Assembly: GCF_006345805.1 (NCBI RefSeq)
Contig: NW_021827963.1
Coordinates: forward strand, 1-9,348
Direction: 5' to 3'
Length of the DNA: 9,348 nt
Origin: Octopus sinensis
Lineage: Eukaryota
A model generated the notes under the pieces. It worked only from the letters and a program-made list of their open reading frames with translations. It was not told the origin of the DNA and made no database searches. The translations under genes and the position numbers were made by a program. Positions 1 through 8,690 of the stretch are shown here, piece after piece. The number at the start of each line of letters is the position of its first letter. Position 1 is the first letter of the stretch.

Positions 1-26
1 TGCGTTCTATATATATTTATATATTT

Positions 27-27
27 G

Positions 28-76
<49 letters not shown>
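27..76. repeat. (GT)n microsatellite
   Basis: Near-perfect GT run with one GC interruption; explains the VC-rich ORFs 25..261 and 27..383. Confidence 0.97.
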
Positions 77-79
<3 letters not shown>

Positions 80-261
80 TGAGTTTGAGTATCGTATGTA
101 TCGACGCATGTATGCATGTATATATTCGTCAGTATACGTTTATTTATGTATGTGTGTCCACTCGCACCCATTTCCATATCCTGTCCGCTTTATACCCTTC
201 ACCAAATTCACTTCAAACCACTTTGCATCCAATACGATGCCTTCCCTTAAACACCACTTAG

Positions 262-387
262 GCACAGCAATGCCCTCTAATGAAAAACCAACTTACCACT
301 ACCCAGCCATCAGTAAGTATGAAAGGCACAGCAGAAACAGCTGTGATATCTACTTTGGTACTTGGAATACTTCCGATTGTTAAATAG
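262..387 (+). CDS. Possible terminal coding exon (41 aa, GPI-signal-like C-terminus), unidentified gene
   Basis: Follows a pyrimidine-containing acceptor-like sequence (cttcccttaaacaccacttAG, AG 260-261). Reads AQQCPLMKNQLTTTQPSVSMKGTAETAVISTLVLGILPIVK* (TAG 385-387). No homology recognised. Confidence 0.2.
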   Translation, partial: AQQCPLMKNQLTTTQPSVSMKGTAETAVISTLVLGILPIVK

Positions 388-767
388 AAGGAACAAACAA
401 TAGATTACGGCTAATGTAAACCCAGGTTCTATTGCTAATTGCTCATTACAAAGGGTTTGTTTTGAATCAAAACACACTCAGCTTGAGTTCGTAGGCTGTT
501 AGTGGAGAATATGTTGCGCTTATTCTTGCTGTTCATCGCAACAATTCTAAAGTAATGTAGCAGCTTTATTGTTTGATAAATTCAAGATTGGTGGTTGCTG
601 TGGTTTTGTACAATGCGAAATATTTATCGGATTTTTAAGACGATAGGCGTCGATTTAAGGAAAATTTAGCTGTTGTTTCAAGCGGTTTGATCGATCGTTT
701 AAATGTTCCCGCTTTGATGAAAGGCGCTTTCACAGGAAAGAAGTTTGCATAAATATGCAATCACGCA

Positions 768-963
768 AACACACACACATACTATTTGTGTGTGTACATA
801 TATATTTGGGTGTGTATGTATGTGTGTTTATGATTTATGATTATATTTTGATTATAAAGAGAAAGAGAGAGAAATATTAAACGCATGCGTACATATAGAT
901 GTGGCGTGAATAAGTATATATATATGTATAATATATATATGTTTGTATATATACATACATATA

Positions 964-1005
<42 letters not shown>

Positions 1006-1010
1006 TATTT
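768..1010. repeat. Compound (AC)/(TG)/(AG)/(TA)n microsatellite region
   Basis: Short AC, TG and AG runs followed by a degenerate TA run at ~915-1010; source of the IY-rich ORFs 782..1135 and 885..1130. Confidence 0.9.
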
Positions 1011-1260
1011 ATGTTTGTTTGTGTGTGGTATTTTTCCGAACTGTGTAAATGTGAGACTAACATATCATTGAATAAAGTTAAACAACATGGTCTAATTTTC
1101 GCATTTTTTTTTATTATTGTATATTTATAAAACAATTTTACAGCTTTGAAGTGTGTTAAATATTTTAAAAAAATATTTAGTAATGTTCATAAAGTTTAAT
1201 TAGCGCTTCCATACGTTATTAGTAATCATCAGATTTCAGAGTGCGTTGACTGTCTTTTGA

Positions 1261-2261
1261 GTTGAGTGCTTGACAACTGTTGTAAAACGACTTAATGATT
1301 TTCTACAGCTTAGAGTCACCTGCAAATATTTTAATGATGCTAAGTTCACTGGAATCTGCAACGTAATTAATATAGACAATAAAAAAGAAGTGGACCCAAA
1401 ATAGTATCCTGCAGAACTCCGCTGATGACGTTTGCTGGTCTGAAGTGGATGCCATCAACCACATGCTGGGTCCTGTTTGTTAGTAAATACCTAATCCATT
1501 GAAGTAGCTTTCCACCAACTGCAGCGTTGGATAATTTCCATAAGAGTATATTGTGGTCGACTCTCTCAAAGGCCTCACTGAAATCAAGATATATGACATC
1601 CGTGTTGGAGTCCTCACGTAGTGCATTTAATATGTCAGCAAAGTGGCGGAGGAGCTGTATTAGACAGTCCTTCACACCACGAAAGCCTGCCTGGTTGCAA
1701 TTTAGGAGATAATTTTATTCTAGGAAGGCTGTTATTCTTGACCTCAACACTCTCTCATTTACTTTGATGATATTTGAAGTGAGTGAGACTGAACGGTAGT
1801 TTATAGGGAGCGATTTATTCCCCTTTTTAAAGATAGAAATGACTGACTGCAAGAGAAGGTTTTGAGGGATAAAACCGGCATCCGGTGATTTCCTCCAGAG
1901 TGTTGCGACAAGAACTGCAAGTTGCTGTCTGTATTCCTTCAGCATTCTAGCAGGGAACCTGTCCGGGACCCACTGCTGAATCAGATTTGATTTCTTTTTA
2001 TTGCTGCGAGGATATCCGTGGCGTCGAAAGTTATGTCGGAAAGGACATGTTGAGGATTCAAAGAAGCAAAGCTGCTTGAGTCAACTGGATCAGGGTCATT
2101 GAAAACAGAGCAGTATTGACTTTGCAGGATCTCGGCCATGTCTTTGGCATCATCGTGAAGGATACCGTTTACGTCAACCAGTGGGGTGATAGAGCAAAAT
2201 GTGGCCCTGTGTGTTTTTGCAAAGGAGAAAATACATTAGGATTATTCTTGATGTTTTTAAT
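1261..2261 (-). mobile_element. Decayed CR1/L2-group LINE, internal ORF2 fragment (pre-RT linker plus RT core)
   Basis: Minus-strand translation across frameshifts and stops: IKNIKNNPNVF/SFAKTHRATFCSITPLVDVNGILHDDAKDMAEILQSQYCSVF...IK/EIKSDSAVG/PDRFPARMLKEYRQQLAV...IFKKGNKSLPINYRSVSLTSNIIKVNERVLRSRITAFLE*NYLLNCNQAGFRGVKDCLIQLL...DVIYLDFSEAFERVDHNILLWKL...SGVLQDTILGPLLF/IVYINYVADSSELSIIKIFAGDSKL*. These match the typical GPD, PxNYRPVSL, QHGFR, YLDFSKAFD, GVPQG and FADD motifs; FADD is mutated to FAGD at 1315-1326. Confidence 0.93.
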
Positions 2262-2310
2262 AGGAGGAAAAAAATCGCGAACAATTCGCATGTTGTTATA
2301 TGTGCATACA

Positions 2311-2377
2311 TGTGTGTTTGTGTGTGTGTGTTTATGGAAAGAAACAGAGAGGGAGAGAGAGAGAGAGAGAGAGAGAG
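2311..2377. repeat. (TG)n followed by (AG)n microsatellites
   Basis: TG run ~2311-2331 and AG run ~2346-2377. Confidence 0.95.
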
Positions 2378-2626
2378 GGGAGGGAGAAAGTGATATATAC
2401 ACGTATAGTGTTTCTTAATTAAAAATACCATAGATTCTAAAAGACCGATTGTCACAAATCTGATGGAAAGAAGATTTGAAACATACATATTGTAATTTAT
2501 TTTGCATAACGTCTGTTTGGAACATCAATGGCAGCACAAAGAGAGCGTCGAAATGTTTTCTCCCATATGGTCAGATTAGACATGCCTTTATTTATATATT
2601 ATTTAAATTAACGACTTTTTAAAATT

Positions 2627-2782
2627 ATGGAAGTTTTCGAGTTCCATTGTAAAAAACTTCATGCATTATTGCATGTAATAAACTGTCTTGGCACCAATCT
2701 TGAGAAATTAGGATTAACAAAACAAGAAAGATTACAGATTAAAGCCATCAATGGAACTCTGAAAATCTTTCCAGAAGTTTAG
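2627..2782 (+). CDS. Short ATG-initiated ORF or possible exon (51 aa), weak SAM-domain-like motif
   Basis: MEVFEFHCKKLHALLHVINCLGTNLEKLGLTKQERLQIKAINGTLKIFPEV* (ATG 2627, TAG 2780-2782); below the ORF-track cutoff; not repeat-derived. Confidence 0.15.
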   Translation: MEVFEFHCKKLHALLHVINCLGTNLEKLGLTKQERLQIKAINGTLKIFPEV

Positions 2783-2915
2783 CATTTAAGCATATATACG
2801 CATACATAGACATGCAACTATATGCATGAAAATAGAGACATGCAAAAATAATTACAAATCTGCATGTGCACTCAATCCAAATATTGCTCATATATACACA
2901 AACATGCACAAATAC

Positions 2916-2999
2916 TTTGTTGATGTTTTTTTTAAAAATTCCAATGAATGATCCTTGGATCTACGTTGGAGAGCGACTCTTCTTCCATTGGAAACAAAT
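2916..2999 (-). CDS. Possible internal exon (84 nt, frame-preserving), unidentified gene
   Basis: Minus strand: acceptor ttattcaattttatttccAG and donor AAA|GTATTT. The phase 2-2 frame is open: [28 protein letters not shown]. Non-repetitive island between microsatellites. Confidence 0.25.
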
Positions 3000-3019
3000 C
3001 TGGAAATAAAATTGAATAA

Positions 3020-3134
3020 CAAACATACATGCATACATGTGAGTACATACATATACACATAGATGCATATATATATATATATATATATGTACACACATAC
3101 ATACATATATGTACGCACATATATACATAGATAG

Positions 3135-3189
<55 letters not shown>
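3020..3189. repeat. Compound (CATA)/(TA)n microsatellite
   Basis: Degenerate ACAT repeats with pure TA runs (~3066-3088, ~3141-3189). Confidence 0.95.
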
Positions 3190-3191
<2 letters not shown>

Positions 3192-3364
3192 GGAGTAAAC
3201 ACATAAATGTGAAACAAGGTGGAAAAAAGAGTACTCAAGTCCCAATCATCATTCATCTTAAAAATTACAATAAATACGCACTCTACAAATGATATTGAGT
3301 AATCCATCAGTGTGATGTAAAATAGATAGATTGGATTGGATATATGTCGTGTTAGAATAAAAAC

Positions 3365-3420
3365 TATCTATATATACTTATATATATATATATATATATA
3401 TATAAATATGTATGTATGTA
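3365..3420. repeat. (TA)n/(TATG)n microsatellite
   Basis: Direct observation. Confidence 0.9.
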
Positions 3421-3696
3421 TTGTGCTGATGTATGTTGCAAGAAACCATTAAGGCAAAATGTTTTTCGGAACATTATTTAATTATTTATGCTGTTTTCTT
3501 TCTTTCTTTTTTTTTTTTCAATTATTCATTTTCTGATTAATTTTTTTCTCTCATAATCTTGGACCGAAAATGTTTACCCACTAAAATTTATTTATCTTTT
3601 TTACACCCCCCCCCCCCAGCCACTCTAATTATTTTCTAGCACTGGCAAGAAAACTCGATTAAGAAAAATAGAAGACGCTAGTAACAGGATGACGAC

Positions 3697-3714
3697 AATA
3701 ATAATAATAATGAC

Positions 3715-3763
<49 letters not shown>

Positions 3764-3779
3764 CGGTGGCTAATAATGA
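3697..3779. repeat. (AAT)n microsatellite
   Basis: Nearly pure AAT run with minor variants; gives the poly-L tract of ORF 3678..3926. Confidence 0.95.
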
Positions 3780-4107
3780 TGTTGAAAATGAAGGGAGAAA
3801 GAGAGAGAGAATAAGATGACTAATATAAAGACAACAAATAAACAAAATTATATCTATCGTTCGTTGTTTCCATTTTTTTTTGCTTTGTTTCCTTTGGACC
3901 TGAATTGTCTTATCTTGCCAAACCATGATATAGTTTTCAAAAATCTACCCATTAATATTTTAATGACAGTTCGAGGCATAAATGCATGTGTGTGTTTGTG
4001 TGTGTGTATGAGTGTGTACATAAATTTTTTCAATTTTTCTAATTTTTTTTACGATTCCCTCTCACACCCTATATGTAAGCTTAATTTATTATTACTTTTA
4101 GTCACTT

Positions 4108-4108
4108 A

Positions 4109-4160
<52 letters not shown>

Positions 4161-4218
4161 TTATTATTATTGTTGTTGTTGTTGTTGTTTGTTGTTATTG
4201 TTGTTATTATTATTATTA
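4108..4218. repeat. (ATT)n/(GTT)n compound microsatellite
   Basis: ATT run, then GTT run, then ATT; gives the poly-I/L/V of ORF 3816..4607. Confidence 0.95.
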
Positions 4219-4385
4219 GTTCCGAAAATCAAATTTCTGTTCACATCCAGTGTTTCTTAGATTATTTCTTTTTGCAATTGTCTTACATTTGGCGATTTCA
4301 CTGTAGCTGCTTCTTCTTCTACTTCTTCTGTCACATCTCGCCAGGTATATCTGGCATTGTGCCACAATTATCAGGATATATCCCC

Positions 4386-4548
4386 CTCCTCATCCTTACC
4401 GTCCTCTTCATCATCATTATCACCATCATCATCGTCGTCGCCGTCATCGTCGATGTTATCTTCGTCATCTTCATCATCAACATCGTCGTCGTCTTCATCC
4501 TCGACGACGTTTTCGTCATCATCATGATTATCATGATCCTCATTACCG

Positions 4549-4590
<42 letters not shown>
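4386..4590. repeat. Degenerate (TCA/TCG)n trinucleotide repeat (Asp/Glu-rich on minus strand)
   Basis: Pure (TCA)n at ~4549-4590, with a degenerate in-register array back to ~4386; minus ORF 4371..4604 is about 70% D+E. Confidence 0.9.
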
Positions 4591-4591
<1 letters not shown>

Positions 4592-4747
4592 ATGTATCAC
4601 CCATTGATACCAGGTTTTGAATTGGGAATTACTCTTATAAAAAAATTACAATTAATCAGGGACACGCAACAGAGTATGCGGCAGTATTTCAAATCATTAC
4701 GAAAGGAATTTCGAACGAAGATTAATACACAGTGGAGGAATAAATAC

Positions 4748-4869
4748 CGCAAGTGAAATTGGTCTTGCACAATTCTTTGCAGCTGTCACCAAGAGTCGCA
4801 CCATTCTTAAGATATTGTTCCAGAATCAACGGAATTCTCACAAAAAGTTCTCGCCCCTCATAAACATTT
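4748..4869 (-). CDS. Possible internal coding exon (122 nt) with C-x3-C-x5-C motif, unidentified gene
   Basis: Strong minus-strand acceptor tgtgtgttttgcacagttttttgcAG (AG at 4871-4870). Open frame NVYEGRELFVRIPLILEQYLKNGATLGDSCKELCKTNFTC, donor-like GCG|GTATTT at 4747. The frame continues GIYSSTVY* to 4722. Confidence 0.3.
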
Positions 4870-4897
4870 CTGCAAAAAACTGTGCAAAACACACAGA

Positions 4898-5300
4898 CAA
4901 GGTCTGATCAATGAGTATCCAGACAGTTGCTATAGTAACGAAGCTAAACTACGCAGAATGAACTTCCTTGGCACAAACTGAGCTTCAATTATACTGTGCA
5001 TGCGCCCCAAGACTTAACGTTTCAGCTCACTTCTGCTGTTTACAGCAGCGCTTGGAAGGAACGTGTGTAGCGTGTGATCGTCGCATTAACCATGATAGAG
5101 AAACTTTTCATGGCGATGCCTTCTTAGAAGCCTACACAAAGTCGCAGAAAGTGTATGGAGAGGAGTGTATGAGCCGCACAAGAGTGTACGAGTGGTTCAG
5201 ACGTTTCCAAGTTAGCCGAAATATGTCGATGTTGACGAAGGTTCCGGAAGATCAGCAACCAGCAGAACTAAGAAAAATATCGCAGATATGCGTGCAGCTT
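4898..5300 (+). mobile_element. Mariner (Tc1/mariner) DNA transposon, 5' fragment: left TIR-like end, 5'UTR and transposase N-terminal HTH
   Basis: CAAGGTCTGATCAATGAGTATCCAGAC at 4898 resembles mariner TIRs (from recall). Probable start ATG 5092 (MIEK, then an apparent deletion), then LEAYTKSQKVYGEECMSRTRVYEWFRRFQ and, after a frameshift, VDVDEGSGRSATSRTKKNIADMRAA, matching the mariner VYG..SR..VYEWF.RF / DDERSGRP signature. No DDD catalytic domain or right TIR in the window. Confidence 0.9.
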
Positions 5301-6056
5301 TGGATGACTAAAAGTGATTTAAAACCGGAAACGGAGGCTCTAATCTGTGCTGCCCAAGAGCAAGCGCTAAGAACAAACTACATAAATACAGAATAGACAA
5401 CATAGCAGAAATGATAAGGGCAGATTCTGAGGACAACACGGTATAACCGTATGGCATATTACCAGCCAATGCGCGCCACTAGCCCAGAAGGAATGTAAGA
5501 AACGCCACGAAAATATAGCCAGGCTTGTCCATTGGACACCTTGCAACAAGTAAAGATTTGGCAGAGCATAAAATTGGTACCACCACAAACATGAAGACAT
5601 CGTCGAAAACAAAATGGAAAGATCCTATGGGATTTTAAGATTCATCGCGACTATGAGATTGAGAATAGGAAGCTGGACATAGTCTTAATTGAGAAAGAAA
5701 ACAAACTATACTGGATCATAGATACAACATTCCCAGTTGACAACAAGGTATGCGATAAAGAAGAAAGAAAATTCGAGAATTATGACAGGTTAGCTTGGGA
5801 AGTTAAGCAGTTTTGGTCGTTGAAAAAGGTAGCGGTAGTACCAATAATTGTCGGAGCCCTGGGAACAGTGAGCAAAAATCTCGATAAGTATATGGAACAA
5901 ATAGGGGCTGCAATAAAGATGGATCACTTGCAGAAAACAACACTGCTTGGAACCGCTTCAATGGTCCGGAAGGTGCTCGAAAAATAAGAGGTGTTACCTT
6001 AGTTCACCTTAACTGACGCTGTAGTACATCTCCAGCGTTTGAAACTGTGCAAAGGC
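5301..6056 (+). mobile_element. R4/Dong-type non-LTR retrotransposon (RLE endonuclease), 5'-truncated, decayed copy 1
   Basis: WMTKSDLKPETEALICAAQEQALRTNYI; broken knuckle DKGRF*GQHGITVWHITSQC (5413-5472); KECKKRHENIARLVHW; then an open 123-codon frame 5616-5987 not in the ORF track: GKILWDFKIHRDYEIENRKLDIVLIEKENKLYWIIDTTFP...VVPIIVGALGTVSK...LQKTTLLGTASMVRKVLEK*. About 70 nt of 3'UTR, then (TAA)n. Confidence 0.92.
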
Positions 6057-7326
<1,270 letters not shown>

Positions 7327-7339
7327 AATAATAATAATA

Positions 7340-7370
<31 letters not shown>

Positions 7371-7372
7371 TA

Positions 7373-7406
<34 letters not shown>
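7327..7406 (+). repeat. (TAA)n tail of copy 2
   Basis: AAT array with two small TATA interruptions immediately after the 3'UTR. Confidence 0.93.
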
Positions 7407-7436
7407 TTTAATTTTAATTTAACTTAAAAAAAAAAA

Positions 7437-7550
7437 TGACGAACTATTGAGTTTGGTTTAATGGCCTACCAATGTATACTATGAGTTTCTTTGCCCTAGG
7501 AGTCGGGAAGACACTCGGCAAGAAATGGAAGCAATTTGAAAGAGAAAAAA
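7437..7550 (+). mobile_element. Short repeat-like module, probably the extreme 3' end of another TAA-tailed retroelement
   Basis: About 115 bp of unique sequence between an A11 run and a long TAA array; contains an imperfect stem-loop at 7486-7525. No coding homology, so the assignment is inferred from context. Confidence 0.4.
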
Positions 7551-7566
7551 AGTAGTAATAATAAAC

Positions 7567-7609
<43 letters not shown>

Positions 7610-7688
7610 GTAATAATAATGATAATAATAGTAATAAAAATAATTATAATAATGATAATAATAATAATGATAATAATAATAATAATAA
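7551..7688. repeat. Degenerate (AAT)n array
   Basis: AAT with AGT/GAT/AAC variants; poly-I in ORF 7444..7716. Confidence 0.95.
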
Positions 7689-7698
7689 CGAAAACAAT

Positions 7699-7890
7699 CT
7701 TTTCTAATCTAGGCACAAGGCCCGAAATTTAGATCGAACCCAGTACGGAACTGGTACTTAATTTATCGATCGCGAAAGAATGAAAAGTAAGGTCAACCTC
7801 GAACGAATTTGACCTCAGAATGTAAAGACAGAAGAAATACCGCGAAGTATTTCGTCCACCATGCGAACGATTCTGCCATCGCTCGACGTC
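7699..7890 (-). mobile_element. tRNA-derived SINE (octopus-type, MetaSINE-like central domain), degenerate
   Basis: Minus strand: GACGTCGAGCGATGGCAGAATCG... with A-box-like TGGCAGAATCG (7878-7868) and B-box-like GAGGTCAAATTC (7816-7805). Central TTTCATTCTTTCGCGATCGATAAATTAAGTACCAG resembles the Meta domain as I recall it. The 3' end CCTTGTGCCTAGATTAGAAA is followed by (ATT)n. Family name not verified. Confidence 0.82.
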
Positions 7891-7891
7891 T

Positions 7892-7937
7892 TAATAATAA
7901 GAACAACAACAATAAAAATGATAATAATAATAATAAT
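7892..7937. repeat. (AAT)/(AAC)n array at the SINE 5' flank
   Basis: Direct observation. Confidence 0.88.
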
Positions 7938-8169
7938 TTCCTGGAAAGTTATATCATACAGCAGCAAAAAACCAAAATCAATAAGACAAAAAAAACATTT
8001 TTGCTACCAAGACATTGTGCAGTCTTAAAAAGTTTGTGCGATTTTCTTTGTTTACTTGTTCATTTATAATTTATTTAGTTTGTTTTGTTAAGGTTTTTTT
8101 TGTGTGATAGGATCGGGGATAGGGATTTGCAAACGTAAACTTTATATCTGTCATAGATCGTGCGCCTAA

Positions 8170-8467
8170 ATGTGTGTGTTTGTGTGTGTGTGTGTGTGTA
8201 TCTGTATATCTGTATATGTATACATGTGCATATGTACATATATTGGTGTATATGTAATATATATATATTATATATATATCTATATATATATATATATATG
8301 CATGTATGTATGTATGTATCTATGTATACATATGCATATACACATATATACCTATACATACAGACATACACACACATATATATATATACACATTACATAG
8401 ATGCATATATGTTTATATTGTGTGTGTGTAAGTGTGAGTATACATATGTTTATTATTATAAATATAT

Positions 8468-8533
<66 letters not shown>

Positions 8534-8690
8534 ATATATATGTATATATATGCATGTATGTATATAAATATATATGTATATATATGCATGTATGTATATA
8601 AGTGTATATTTGTGTTGTGTACACGTATATAAACATACATTGGTTTGCATAGATATACTATATACATACACGCACATGCACGCTCGCATA
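8170..8690. repeat. Long compound (TG)/(TA)/(TATG)/(CA)n microsatellite region
   Basis: Explains all Y/I/C/V/H-rich ORFs between 8075 and 8716. Confidence 0.95.

Noticed and set aside
511-555. MLRLFLLFIATILK*, a signal-peptide-like mini-ORF with a possible AA|GTAATG donor
   Set aside because: Only 14 codons, a weak donor and no supporting downstream exon; expected by chance in T-rich DNA.
2916-2999. Naming the candidate exon peptides as PDZ-like (RRVALQR..F) or, for 4748-4869, cullin-like (G.ELF.R...L..YL.N)
   Set aside because: The resemblances cover only a few residues and fail in adjacent positions, so no gene symbol was assigned.
3606-3617. C12 homopolymer as a G-quadruplex or regulatory element
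   Set aside because: It is an isolated single run with no supporting context.
4218-4300. Minus-strand RQLQKEII*ETLDV followed by (TAA)n as a further Dong-like 3' end
   Set aside because: It lacks the LLGTA motif and needs several indels to fit; too short to support.
3816-4607. Longest computed ORF (263 aa, hydrophobic, looks multi-pass)
   Set aside because: The poly-I/L/V tracts come directly from (ATT)n, (GTT)n and (CAT)n arrays; no domain is recognisable.
4968-5396. 142-aa ORF as a functional transposase or host gene
   Set aside because: It is a chimera of mariner 5'UTR, a partial HTH, out-of-frame sequence and retroelement sequence, with no DDD domain.
7800-7890. tRNA gene
   Set aside because: The A/B boxes are degenerate, no cloverleaf is evident, and the sequence continues into a SINE body and tail.
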